A stretch of 64,000 bases of DNA from Dendrobates tinctorius (Eukaryota): contig NW_027361751.1 in the NCBI RefSeq assembly GCF_039654945.1, positions 4,278,001 to 4,342,000 on the forward strand, read 5' to 3'. Within the stretch, counting starts at the first letter, position 1, and each line of letters begins with the position of its first letter. Made by a program: the position numbers and the translations under genes. The notes beneath the pieces are model-generated. The model saw only the letters and a list, made by a program, of their open reading frames with translations. It did not search any database and had not been told where the DNA came from. Of this stretch, positions 23,327 to 36,300 are shown one piece after another.

Positions 23327-23473
23327 CACAGTATTTTGCAGATTCATCCTCCCCATTTGCGCAGTCCACCTTCCCGTCACACACCGCTGAGGATACAACG
23401 CAAGTGGTCCTGTCATCGCACAGAAAGCCAGCTTGGCCTGATGGCGCTCTACACTCCCGTGTAATGTAATCTG
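23327..23473 (-). CDS. LDLRAD1: LDLRAD1-like coding exon 4 (LDLa repeat)
   Basis: 147 nt, phase 1-1; TDYITRECRAPSGQAGFLCDDRTTCVVSSAVCDGKVDCANGEDESAKYC; CAGCAG tandem acceptor. Confidence 0.9.
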
Positions 23474-23920
23474 CTGGGAGAGAAGTGAAGACACAGCTAT
23501 GAATATGCGCCCTTTTGGAGTGCTTTCTCCTTTTTTTTTACTATGTCATTATCTGTTTTACACCTTTTTTACACTCCGTGCCACATTTCTTTTTTTATCT
23601 GGCAATGTGTGCATGGTTAGCTAAATCAAGCTGTTGTCCCCAAAGTCCTCACTTAGGACTTTTTAAAAAATCAGACATTTTTTCCGCAAATGTATTCTGC
23701 TACCCCCAACGTAATTTTTGCATAGTTGAAGACTAAAGCGCGATATTTTAAAGGATTGTGCAACTTTTTACTCCAAAAAAAGCACAAAACAAGCAAAAGA
23801 GCTAATGGAAATAAGTCGTTGAATTTACTCAAAATGTACTGAACAGTTGGAGTCATTTTGATGAATTTGGCAAAAAATCCATGAGTGCGAAAAGAAAGAC
23901 AAGACCGAAAAGTGACTTTA

Positions 23921-24025
23921 AATGGCTCAGTGGTTAGCACTGTTGCACTTGAGTCCTGGGTTCAAATCCCATCAAGGACAACATCTGCAAGGAGTTTGTA
24001 TGTTCTCCTCGTGTTTGTGTGGGGG
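23921..24025 (+). mobile_element. Partial V-SINE
   Basis: tRNA-like head and start of V-domain only. Confidence 0.7.
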
Positions 24026-24422
24026 TCTCTGGAGGAAACGGACTGTAAAAATACTTTTGTTAAACATCTGTTTTTGGTGACAAACACTATACAGTGCTGG
24101 CTATGCATTTTATTTAGAAAGGAAAATATAAATGCTGGTAGGATGGAGCCTAGATCGTGGGGGACCTGTCAGGTTTCCTTTAAACACTGCTGACCTCAAA
24201 TAATGGCATATAATGGAAGGCATCAACATGTGTAATGGGTGTCATTATAATTTTAGCTGTAGGGTCCTGTGTTCTCAATTGTTCGCCAATAACCACAATT
24301 ATAATATTGCCTATAATACCTCATAGCTATCAGTTGTAGCCCAGAGTGGCACTTTTTTACTCATAATGTTAATTAAAGCTGATTTTTGGCATTTAGAAGT
24401 ATAAGAACTGATTATTTTTTAC

Positions 24423-24542
24423 TTTGATTGTCTGGTATTCCATAGAGGACTCCTAATGTGATGAATGCTGAGATCGCTCCCAGGGTGAGGAGCACGACAC
24501 CAGTAACACAGAAGCATCTTCTTCTAAAGCAGCAGCCACAAT
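24423..24542 (-). CDS. LDLRAD1: LDLRAD1-like coding exon 3 (Cys-rich juxtamembrane segment plus transmembrane helix)
   Basis: 120 nt, phase 1-1; DCGCCFRRRCFCVTGVVLLTLGAISAFITLGVLYGIPDNQ. Confidence 0.9.
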
Positions 24543-24598
24543 CTGTAAAGATAAAGAGGTCATACGTAGTAGAGAGCAGTGGAGAAAAAAAAATCATA

Positions 24599-24820
24599 GG
24601 GCAGCACGGTGGCTCAGTGGTTAGCACTGTTGCTTTGCAGAACTGGGGTCCTGGGTTCAAATGCCACCAAGGACAACATCTGCAAGGAGTTTGTATGTTC
24701 ACACTGTGTTTGCGTGGCTTTCCTACGGGTTCTCCTGTTTCCTTCCACACTCCAATGTCAATAGTGTTAGGAAATTTAGAGTGTGAGCCCTAATGGTGAC
24801 AGTGCCGATAATGTATGTAG
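24599..24820 (+). mobile_element. V-SINE
   Basis: Same family as 899-1165 and 41328-41603. Confidence 0.8.
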
Positions 24821-25099
24821 AGGCTTATACAACATATATTGGCAAGCAAAATAAATAGGAGTCAGCTGGCTTAAACAATCCCTTTGTTTTCCTACATTAT
24901 GGACAACCCTCTGTTACAAGATCTAAGGACAAATGGCTGTGTGTGCACCGGCCTTTACACAGAAGGGGGCTGGCTTAGCTATTGAAACAGTCAGCTGATC
25001 TCTTCATACATGGTTCTGATGACGCTCCGTAACAGGACAATGGCTCCTACAGACCAGAAGTTTTGCTTCTTGTTGAGCTCTGGCCATAGACAGAGCAGC

Positions 25100-28000
25100 T
25101 TTTCTCCAGTCACCTTCCACGACAGTCACTTTGGATGATGTCTCCCCACCCTAATGGGGGACAGGAAACACAAAGAGGTTAAATAACCCTCCCCTTCCTG
25201 CTACCTCCAGTGTTTTTTCTGTCCCTCAGTGGGGCATGAAGAGGTTACAGAGTGGCTGCCGTGGCCAGCGAGCGGAGCTCCTAGATACTTACAGCTGGGC
25301 AGCCGAGGTCGGGGGGGTTCGCCTCTCCTCCATGTCGCTGCTCCTGTCTCCACCTCCCGGTGTGACTCGGGACTTGTCCGCCCCTCCCGCACCCTCCAGG
25401 GCAAAGCAGGGCGGTATAGTGCAGGCCGGGGTCCTCTGGTTAGCTCCCTAGTTTCCTCCTTCCTCCCACGCTGCTGTACCGGGGCCGCGCGTGTCGGAGG
25501 GGGCGGGCTCCCGACCGGAAGCGCACTTCCGGTTCGCATCCTCCAGCGTTTCCCGGGATGAGGACGTGCGCTGGCACCCGGGGAACCCAATGGCAGCAGG
25601 GGCCGGGCAACATTTCCTCCCCACGGACCAGGAGGAAGGAGGGGCACGAAACGACCAACGCTGCAACGCCCATATAATGGTGCCACGGACTCCAGGTAAG
25701 CACAGTGTGTCTGTACGGTGAGTGCTGACATGGACGGTGACAAGCCCTTGACTGCTGCATCTGCGGAGCCCAGCGTTCCTCCTCCTACCGTGAGTAGCAG
25801 GGCCGGTCCCTTAACTGTCAAACTTTGGTGGCACGGGTCTGAGCAAGCCTTCTCTCTCTTCTTGCAGGAAGACAAGGCCTCTTCCCCAAGAAACCCCCGC
25901 AAATGTGGTATCTGTGGTGCCAGGTTCCCTTCTGATTATAAAAAGAAGCTATGCCAACCTTGTACGCAAAACATTCTGCGCACCGAACAGCCCTCCCTGT
26001 TTGACAGCATAAAAACTCTCATTAAACAGGAGGTTCAGACCTCCATGGCGGCCCAGACCCCGGTGACCCAGGGCCCTCCCCCAAAAAAAGAGGAAAAGGA
26101 CACCTACGGAAGCCGATTCAGATTCGGGAGAAGTACGTTCTTCAGGGTCAGAGGACATTTGGGAAAATGAGGGCTCTGCATCCACCTCCAAATACGATGC
26201 AAATAAATACTATTTCTCCTCTGAGGATATGGAGGAGTTGGTCTCCATGGTGAGAAATACCATGGGGGTTGAGGAGGAGGAGGTGAAGCTCTCAGTCCAA
26301 GATGAGATGTTTGGGGGCTGAAACCCAGAGGTAGAAAAGGTTTTCCAGTTCACGAAAACATACAAAATCTAATAGCTCAGGAGTGGTCCTCCCCCGAGAA
26401 AGCACTTATTGTACCCTCAGAACTAAAAAAAACGCTTTCCCCTCGAGGGTGACAACTCTATTTGGGAGATCCCTAAAATAGATGTTCAGGTCTCTAAAGT
26501 GACTAGAAAGACGTCCCTTTCGAGGACTCTTCCCAGTTGAAGGATCCAATGGATCGCAAAATAGAAAGTCACCTTAAAAAATCCTGGGAAACTTCTACAA
26601 ACTTGCTCAAAGCAAATGTAGCCTCCACTTGTGTTGCCAGATCATTGTTCTTCTGGCTTCCTACGTTAGAGGAACACCTCTCGGGGGGTACTCCCAGAGA
26701 AGAAATCTTAGATTCCCTTCCCCTCCTCCAAAAAGCAACAGGCTTTTCAGCCGATGCTTCGGGAGAAACGGTGCAGGTAGCAGCAAGGTCCCTAGTCCTT
26801 TCAAATTCGGCTAGAAGAGCCCTTTGGCTGAAGTAATGGGGAGGTGACATCACCTCTGAGACAAAACTCTGTGCCATCCCCTTCCAGGGGCACCACGTGT
26901 TCGGGCCAGTCTTGGATGACATCCTCGAAAAGGCTTCCGACAAAAAGAAATCGCTACTCGAGCAGAGAGTCGCCAAGAGACGATTTTTTTGTGCCCCACA
27001 AGAGCAGTCCTCCCAGAAGGAGTTCAGAGGGAAAGGCAAGACGGGACGATGGAGCTACCCAAAGGGGGGATAGAGGGAAGAACATCCTTGTCCCTCAGCA
27101 ACAACAACCCCCGGACAAACAGTCGACTCACTCAGTTTTTCGCCCAATGGCAGGCCACCACCCCAAACCAGTGGATCCTGCATACTATACAATTTGGGCT
27201 GAAACTGGAGTTCAAACACCCCCCCACTGTTTAAGAGTCACCCCTGCACAGTCCTCAAGTCTCCAAAAGATTCTACTTCTTCAGATAGAAGATCTATTAC
27301 GGGAAGAAGTAATCTCGTACGTACCTCAACAGGAAATAGGCAGAGGACATTACTCCCGCCTATTCCTGGTGAAGAAGCCCTCCGGAAAGCACAGGCTTAT
27401 CATAAACCTGAAACCCCTGAATCGCTTCATCAGATACCGGAGGTTCAAGATGGAGTCAGTAAAATTGGCAATCACTCTTATTGGGCAGGGCAGGGCTGGC
27501 TGATGGCTACGATAGACCTAAGGGACGCTTATTACCATGTCCCAATTCATCCGGATCACCGGAAGTTCCTGAGGTTCGCGGTCTCCCACGACCAGAGGAT
27601 CAGCCATCTCCAGTTCAACGCCCTCCCATTTGGCGAATCTCCGGCACCAAGAGTATTTACGAAAATTATGAGGGAAGCAGTCATTTCTATCCGACTTCAG
27701 GGAATATGCATTGTTCCATATTTAGACGATCTGCCCATTGTCGCTCCATCGGTATCCCGGCTGAACCAGGACGTATCAAAGACCCTGCAGATGCTCGAAT
27801 CCCTAGGTTGGATCCCGAATCTCCAGAAGTCGGACCTTCATCCATCCCCAAGGAAAAAATTTCTGGGGATCCTCTTAGATTCGGAAAAGAGGACATCCTT
27901 TCTTCCTGAGGATCGTCAATTAGACCTTCGTCAGAGAATAATCCGGTTCAGCGAACAAAGGGCACCAATTCTGAGGGACGCCATGTCTATCCTGGGTTCC

Positions 28001-28349
28001 CTGACATCATGTATTAAGGCGGTATCCTGGGCAGAGGCACATACGCGAATCCTCCAGTCATACGTCCTAGTAAACGCAAGGAAGTATCAAAACAATCTGT
28101 CAAAAAGGATTCCACTTCCAGGACACGTAAAATCGGCCCTCTTGTGGTGGCTGAGTTACCGGAACTTGAGACGAAGAATAAAGTGGGACCAGCTTCCTCT
28201 GAAAATACTATGTACCGATGCCAGTCTGAGAGGTTGGGGAGCCGTGGTGGAGCAGTCTTACTTCCAGGGACAATGGTCCCAGAACATAAGAACCAGATCC
28301 TCGAATCTAAGGGAATTGAAGGCTTTGGAAGAAGCACTAAAAGCCACTC
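25100..28349 (+). mobile_element. DIRS1-type retrotransposon, 3'-truncated, in LDLRAD1-like intron 2
   Basis: T-rich 5' terminus TTTTCTCC...CCACGACAG, broken gag (MKDPMDRK, RRALWLK), RT/RNase H, break in RNase H near 28349. Confidence 0.9.
27503..28349 (+). pseudogene. DIRS RT / partial RNase H
   Basis: IDLRDAYYHVPI, LPFG, APRVFTK, VPYLDD, CTDASLRGWG, SSNLREL. Confidence 0.9.
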
Positions 28350-29290
28350 CTATATACATGTATTGTAGCAACTGGATAGGAATTAAAACATAACTTTTAT
28401 TTTACAAGTAAGAATCAAAGTGCAAGGTGCTCAAAAAACAAACAACACATCCAAAAGACTGGTGTGCTAATATGCAAATCCTAATACCACCAGAGTATGC
28501 ATAAGTATTTCCATATTTCCATAATATTCCATAATATTCTGCTTATAAGAAAGACGCCTGTTGATGAGGTATTAGAAGGTAGGCGCAGTGTATTATAAGC
28601 CCCAACCCCAATATTGCATCTTCTCAGCTAGAGTTTCAGGTATCATAATGCACCAAAAAATAATGAGGTACTAGGAAATAGGTGCATAGTATTATACGCC
28701 CTAATACCATGGGTTATATCCGAATCTATAATACAAATCTATTGCAACTGTCCACATTGGCCTATTAGTCCAGTACTGCAGCGGAATCAAATACAGGATA
28801 TTGCATCATATTCATCCATTCCGGATTTATCAAATAAACAGTGACACAATGTTTAGCTCAGTTTCCAAAACCGTACTGCATATCATATATAAATCCTCAC
28901 TGTGAGGTATACAGTAGCTATATTCTAGGTCTAAACATACATAGAGATCATAAATAAAGTGCACTGTTTAACATAAGCACAACCAGTTTCACCCCTAAAT
29001 GAGCCACCGTCATCAGCTCACTCTTCCTAGGGGATTTAATGATAACATAACTATACAAGTCATAATTACAACGTCCTAATTGAGACGTATCATTGTCATG
29101 CATACACCTATTTTAACCATATTCTGCTGATAGGGGTTAGTTAACATGACATGCAAAAAGACCCTGTGGCATATAAAAATGGAACGGTCTCACTGATTTT
29201 CAGGTTCTGGTCAAGAAAGACTACATCCCCATAGTGGTGAATGTGCTACCCCTTCTCCCGACGCGTTTTGTTTTGATCATCAGGGGAGTC
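28350..29290 (-). mobile_element. Probable Penelope terminal-repeat fragment with decayed hammerhead
   Basis: Minus strand CTCCC-CTGATGA-TCAAAAC-AAAACGCGTC-GGGAG at 29255-29288, followed by AT-rich sequence. Confidence 0.5.
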
Positions 29291-30729
29291 AAATGGGGCC
29301 ACAGTAGCCAGGCATCATAGATGGCCATTTCTTGCCCAAACTGCCATAATGTGTACATCGTGGTAGCGCGTCATTCATTTTTTTTTTTTTTTTTTTGAGG
29401 GCAGAGCTAAGTACTGCAGTGCGCAGGTGCCGGGAAAGGTCAGGGAGGCCCGGTGCCTGCATATTGCAGGAATCTGCTCTGCCCTCAACAGGGCAGATAA
29501 GTACACCTGCACAGGAGCATGATGCCGGGGAGCTATAAATCAAGCAGGAGGGAGGCGTCGCAAGAAGATGGGAGGAGCCGGACCCAGACCTGTGACACCA
29601 ATCGGTCCGGACTGCACCAGACCGCCCCCTGGGTCAGTATAATAAAACTTATTTTTCTTATGTTGTAGGTCAGATCGGGGGCTTATCTAGAGCATTATAG
29701 AATAGAATCTTTCAATTAGGGGTAGTCTGTCAGCCCCAAAACACAATTTAAAGACGATCTATTCCCTGCTCAAAAGTGGCCAGTTTTTGCTCTTACTTTA
29801 TTGCCATTGCTCCCGTTTTTACTTTTTTTTTTGGTCTTTTTTTAAAGTCTGCCATACAGGATCCAGAGATATGGGCCGATGCTCACAGGGCAGTGATGCA
29901 GAGCAGCTGAATAAACAACCTCCAGAGAACTCTCCTTATTAATGACCATAAAAATGAGCACTAATAAAACGGTCCGTTTCTTTGGAACTGTATGACAGAA
30001 ATAAAAACAGAGGGAGGATAAAATAAAAGCAAAAACTGGCAACTATTGACATGGTGACAAATGTTCTTAAAACTAAGCGTATAGTGCTACAGGAGACTTA
30101 GACCCGGTACAAATTACACTTTTACTCTACAAATCTGTAGCACAAAAAAGCCCATTTTTCACCTTTGCTAAATATGTTGTTCAGTGCATGGTGTTATGGT
30201 GCGTCTGCAGAGGAGAGTGCTGTGCGCGTTTGCTCCGATCTAGGAACTTTTACAGTAAGTGAACGCAGATACCCTCTTTTTCCTGAGACATCACTGGCTC
30301 TGGGCAATCCAGTGCAACACATCACCAGAGAGGTTACAAAATTCAAGGGGCAAAATGGTGCACTGAAGCCGCTAGGCCACACCATAGACTGTAATGTGAT
30401 TTTTGGCGCATTCCGTGCGCATGCGTTTTTTTGACACTGGTTGGACGGACCAAAAATGCAACAGGTTGCATCCGGCACGCCTAGGCTCACACTACAAAAA
30501 CACATGCGCACGAAAACGCATACAAACGCGTTCAAACACTAGACCATGCGCCTCCATGTTAAATATAGGGGAGCATGGCGCATGCGCATGGACGCGCACG
30601 ATGCGCTGCGCTAAAAAACGCTAGTGTGAAACCAGCCTAACAGACTCCCATTAGTCTATCATTTACTTAATAATTTTATTTTTCCCATCATCTGCTATGA
30701 ACATTGATAAGATGGTTTGGACCTTTTAC

Positions 30730-30799
30730 CTTTCTCTTGATGAAGTGACACAGATCTTCTTGAATCCCATTCTGTTGAAACTGAAAATCTGTCATAATC
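30730..30799 (-). CDS. LDLRAD1: LDLRAD1-like coding exon 2
   Basis: 70 nt, phase 0-1, ctctacag| and |gtaaaa; DYDRFSVSTEWDSRRSVSLHQEK; joins exons 1 and 3 in frame. Confidence 0.75.
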
Positions 30800-31441
30800 C
30801 TGTAGAGATTGTAACAGAAAGTACAATTAAAGGGGTTGTCTCAAAGGCAATTATGGCATATCCATAGGACATTTAGGGTTGTCCATGAATGTTTTTCTTG
30901 AGTCAGCCCCTTTAATTCTGAAGAACACAATGATTTAATGCCCATAGTCTCCACTTTTATAATATTATCTGACTGGTCATGACTAGCCTGCCATTATTTT
31001 TGGATAGGAAAAAAGAGATAGATCTGTCCAGCTTGTTCTCTCACGGGCCATTTACATGGAATAATTTTCCCATACATGCACATTTCTATCAGAAAATCAC
31101 TGACAGCGCTAACAATTCCCCTTCCCAACGTTTCCAATTTCCATTTTTGCGGTTTCATTTTTTTTCTTCCCAGAGCCATAACTTTTTTTTATTTTTCTGT
31201 CCACTTAGATATACGAGGGCTTGTTTTTGGTGGGACAAGTTGTATTTTTCAATGACACCATTCATTTAACCACAAAAAAATTCCAAGTGCAGTAAAATTG
31301 TGAAAAAACCCACAATTCTGACCTTGTTTTTTTGGGAATTGTTTTTATGGCGTACATTGTGTGGTAAAAGTGACCATGCAATATGATTCTGCTCATCAGA
31401 TTATGGTTAGACCAAACATGTCCAGTTTTTTAATTATTTTA

Positions 31442-32245
31442 GGCTACTTTCACACTTGCTTTGTTTTGCAGCGCGTTTTTCCCGCAAAAAAACGCATGGA
31501 AAAAACGCATACAGATGCTGCGTTTTTTTCAAGCATTTTTATGAGCATGCATGAAAAAAACGCAGCGTTTGTATGCGTTTTTAGTGCATTTTTACCGCAT
31601 TTGCGTTTTTTTCCAACATTAGTTGGCCCCTCACACTAACCCAAACCATGACTTTACTAACCCTAACCCTAATCCTTAACCAAACCATACCCTAACCCTG
31701 ACCCTAACCCTGACCCTAACCCTTAACCAAACCATACTAACCCTAACCCAACCCTTAACCAAACCCTACTATCCCTAACCCAAACCCTAAACCCTAACTA
31801 ACCCTAAACCCTAACCCTTAACCAAACCATACTAACCCTAACCCTAACCCTAAACCCCCTTAACTAACCCTAACTCTAACCCAAACCCCTAATTTCCATT
31901 GTCTAACCAATGGTCAACAAAAAAACGCATGCGCAAAAAAACGCATACATGAGCATGCCAATGCGCACATATGCACACCCATAGACTTATAATGGGTGTC
32001 TTGCTGTAAAAAAATGCATTGCGCGCACATGCGTTTTTTTGAGGCAAGTCGGATGCCCAAAAAATGCAAAAGGATGCATTTTGTGCGCCCGAGTGCACAC
32101 CACAAAAAAACGCATGCGTGTAAAACGCATACAAACGCATGTGTATGCGCACATAAGTGCATCCCATGCAAAATATAGGGGAAAAAAGCGCATGCGTTTT
32201 TAGCGCTAAAATACCACGCAAAAAAACGCAAGTGTGAAACCAGCC
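31442..32245. mobile_element. PIF/Harbinger-type MITE containing telomere-like repeat
   Basis: TIRs GGCTACTTTCACACTTGC / GCAAGTGTGAAACCAGCC; TTA TSD. Confidence 0.8.
31636..31892. repeat. Degenerate (CCCTAA)n telomere-like array
   Basis: Runs of CCCTAA with CCCTGA, CCAAA and CCTTAA variants. Confidence 0.9.
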
Positions 32246-33362
32246 TTAGTGGTGAAAAAAATAATCAGAAGTTTGAAAATAAAGATTTTGCGGTTGTCGC
32301 CATTTTCCAAGACCTGTATCATTTTCATTTTCCAGAAGCTGTCTGATGACTTATTTTTTGACGGGCAGCATAATATTTTCAATTATATCCGTTTAGGATA
32401 GATATGACATTTTGTTCACTTGTTACAGAATTTTTCATTGCTTTGCAGGAACAAAGAAAGTGTAATTTTGGCATTTTTTCTGTTGACATTGTTTACCGAT
32501 CGGGTAATTATTTTTATATTTTGATATGTCTGACTTTTCTACCAAATATGTGTATTTTCTTACATTTTTATTATCTTTATTTTTATTGGTGGAAAATGGG
32601 GTGATTTGAACTTTGAAGTCTTACTTTTCACTGTATTTATTAGGCCCCATAAGGTACTTGAACCTGCAATCGTCTAATCGCTTGTGCTATATATAGCAAT
32701 ACTACAGCATTGCTGCATATAGTAAAAATCATGGTCTCCAGTGAATCCCAAGCACATGCTGGGTTTCAAAGGAACACTGTAATGACATGCACCAAGGTCT
32801 TCAACAGACTCTTGACTGTCACATCACTGGCGCACGGATGGGCGCATGGAATGACCGGACCCCCTGCTATCGCGCTGTTAATGCCACTGTCAGGATTTGA
32901 CAGCAGCATTTAACAGGTTAACTATTGGTTTGCGCCACCTGTAGTTGTCAGAGGCAGGTGCTGGCTATAGCGCAGGCTCACTACATGAGCCTGCTCCATA
33001 CACCCACTACCGACAGGATTTATAGATGTCTCTAACTCCAGTACTGGATGGGTCAGGCTAGCCTACATTTCAGTACTCTTCTGCCAGTGAATTGAGGCAT
33101 AACTGGATAATGTTGGGACCCAAACTTTGTAATGGGGTCCCCAAACTACCACGTGCCATTTACAATTCGGGTGTGCTACTATACAGCACAGAAACCGGTT
33201 AGGCCAGATTAGCCATCAAGGATAAAGGCCCCCATACACATCAGATGAAAATGGGCTGACGAACATGTATATCAGAGGAACGTGTAAGTACATCTCAGAC
33301 TGCATTGGTCAACATGGATTTTTTCAGCCAATAATGCAGCCAGCGCTTATCATCGGACAACA

Positions 33363-36300
33363 TAGTCCAGTCAAAATACGAAAAAAAAAATCCTTTACCC
33401 TGAACAAATTCCAAGAAAGCGTTTTATTGTTTTTTTCGGTAGTATTACATGTAGGGAAAAACATACTAAAAGTTTACCAAGATAGGGTTACCACAAAGGG
33501 TCCAAATGTGATGTCAAAGAATATGGCCGCCAAAGCTGTAAAATGTTAAATGCGACTCGCCTTTCAGTGTCTATCATATTTCTTTTACAATTACTACTAT
33601 TATTATATTTATTATTTAACGATTTATTTATCTTCTTTTACAGAGCTGAGAATGATGGAAAGTCAAGAAACTTGCCCCTTATGCAGCCATGAAGTAGAAG
33701 ATGACGGAGAAAGAGTGGTGATTGGTGCGAAAGGAGCTGAAGGGATCAATAAAGCCAGTATTGAGAGGGGCGATAGCACTGTGGTAGCTGCTGGAGCAGT
33801 GGTGCACAAGAGATGTCGTATGAACAACATAAACAAGAAGCAGATAGACTTGCATAAGAAAGCTAGGTCCGTTCATCGTTCACCTGCCAAGAGAGGTACA
33901 CGGGTGTCTACTGGATCCTATGACAGCACAACGCAGTGTTTGTTCTGTGAACATGAAGTGGTGAAGACAAGATCTAGTAGTGATTTCGATGACTATAGCT
34001 TTGTTAAAACGGATGGATTTGTAAGGTCCATCTTGTCACATTGCAAACAGCGTAATGATGACTGGGCAATCACCATTCAAGGGAGAATCGCGCACTTTGG
34101 GAAGGACTTACATGCTGCAGACTGTCTGTATCATCGTTCATGTGACATTAACTTTCGGACAAATTACGGAATTCCTATGCGTCATGGTGGTGGATCTACT
34201 ACAAAGAAACCGCGGAAGATAGGGAGGCCGATGAACATGGACCAAGAGCAAGCGTTCTTGAGAATGTGTGCATTTCTTGAGGACAACGATGAAGAGCAAC
34301 TGACTGTCACGGATCTTGCAAAGAAAATGACGGAGTATCTTGTAGAAGAAGACAGTGCTGCCTATAGTAATAAATGGCTGAGGTATAGGCTGGAGGAGAG
34401 GTATGGCGATTCGCTATTCATAGCAGAGTGTGAAGGGCTGCCTAACATTGTAACGTTCCGTGAAAAGACCAGAATAATCCTGAGGGACTATTTCCGTAGT
34501 CAGGAAACGGATGAAGAAGCCCAAAAGAGAGCCATCATAGAGACTGCGGCCAAAGTAATTAAGAGCGATATCAAGTCTAAGATCCCATCTTCAACTGATG
34601 AATATCCGAAGACTTCTTCGCTTGAATGTCAGTCTGCCTTAGATTATCTCCCCCTGAGTTTGCTTTGCTTGAAACCCTCTGCGTTGGAAGGACATTCACA
34701 GGAAGGTTGCAAGCATTGGACAATCAGTTGTTCAGGCTGTACCTCCCAGGGCTGTAGTAGGTCCATTGCAGCTTGGGTTAGCAGTCCAGCGCCATCATCA
34801 TTTCAGGTCTTGATTTCTTGTAGACAGTCTCTCAGCCATGGGATATTGTTCATCGTATTCGGAAGTTCAGCGATTCGAGGAAAACGCTGCCGCTTCTGTT
34901 TGCCAGGATGTGCTCGGTGGTACCATAGACAAACTGGATACGGCACTGCTGTTCGCTGCGGACAACGTTGATCATAATATCATCATGTTAGATGGGAAGG
35001 GGACTTTCCACGGCATGGGGATGGTAGCTACTGTGACTCCAGGAAGGAAGGTCAGACGCACCGTTCTCAGACGGACGACTGCGGACTTGGAGATAGTTGA
35101 ACAAAGCAGAGTTGATGTAAGGGAATACAGTTTCGCAAAACACACTCGCCGAAACATAAAATTCAAGCCCTTGCCATTTCTCGACGCCATTGACCGTCGT
35201 GTTGATGTATTGTGGGAAATGTCTTTACGCTTCAAACAGCCTGCACCGAGCTGGAATGGAATGATGCACATGCTACATAAAGACTGTGATCATCCGGGGT
35301 CATCTTCGGTAATCTTCCTGCCGATCATTGACATGTATTCCGGCGACAAGTCATGCATCTTCTCTACTCTTGAGTATCTGTGCAACCTTGCTGATAAACA
35401 CCGATCCTCTGCAGTTGTTACATTCAATCAGCCACTCTACTGGAAAGCGTCAGAAATCAAACACGAGGTGCCTGAAGACAGCCCGGTTCGAGATGTTGTC
35501 CTGATGCTTGGGAGCTTCCACACATTGATGAATCTTATGGGTGCCATAGGAACGTTGATGGATGGGAGTGGAATCAAAGAGATCTTGGGAACAATTTACG
35601 GTGACAATGCTGTGCAACACATCATGACTGGAAAGGAAGATCAGCGTGCAGTTCGTGGCCATCTCCTCCTTGATCAGTGTCTTACTCAGCAAGTTGCAGA
35701 CAAAGTACTTTGCGACCATCCCGGTTTTGCAGACCTGTTGCAAGAACTTGAGCAGTTGTATGCTCAGACACTGACAGGGGAGAGTGACTTGAATTTGGTC
35801 ATCACTTCTACCTGCCTTAGTGAAATTGTCCACCTCTTGTCCACCAAAAGAAACGGATTATCTGCTCACTCTCGCACCAGTAAACTATGGCTGAATTACC
35901 AACAGATGGTTGGAATTGCAAGGGAGCTAATCGAGGTCGATCGTACAGGATCCTGGCTGATGCACCTTCATGCTGTAGCCGAATGTTTGCCCATTCTTGC
36001 AGCTGCTGGGCATGAGAACTATGTGAAGGCCGCCTACCCGCCTACCTTTACCTCCAGTCTATGACCACTCTGGAAGATGATATGCCATCAGTCTTCCATA
36101 GATTTATGAATGGCTTGCATGTTGTAAGGCGGACTGATAGTACTGGGCAGGCCTCTGATGCGCTCCCTAAAAACTGCAGGACTCACCAGAGGAAGCGGAC
36201 CATGTCAAGAAGGGCATTGTGACAATATAAGTGAGGAAGCAGTGTCTGATGATGAAAATAATGACTATTGACCTGACACGCTTATTCAGTGATGAAGTAG

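Larger units (their letters stand above)
31117..33010. mobile_element. Non-autonomous piggyBac-like repeat, degraded
   Basis: Collinear similarity to 60310-61198, which ends AAGGGG|TTAA. Confidence 0.55.

Noticed and set aside
25201-25902. GC-rich 233-aa minus-strand ORF as an extra LDLRAD1-like exon
   Set aside because: Lies in the DIRS leader; the gene already splices in frame without it.
31636-31892. True telomere or chromosome fusion site
   Set aside because: Short, degenerate, single orientation and enclosed by MITE TIRs.
33550-33651. N-terminal extension of the Academ ORF (MRLAFQ...YYYYYIYY)
   Set aside because: AT-rich intron-like sequence ending in an acceptor at 33643; the likely start is the ATG at 33652 or 33655.
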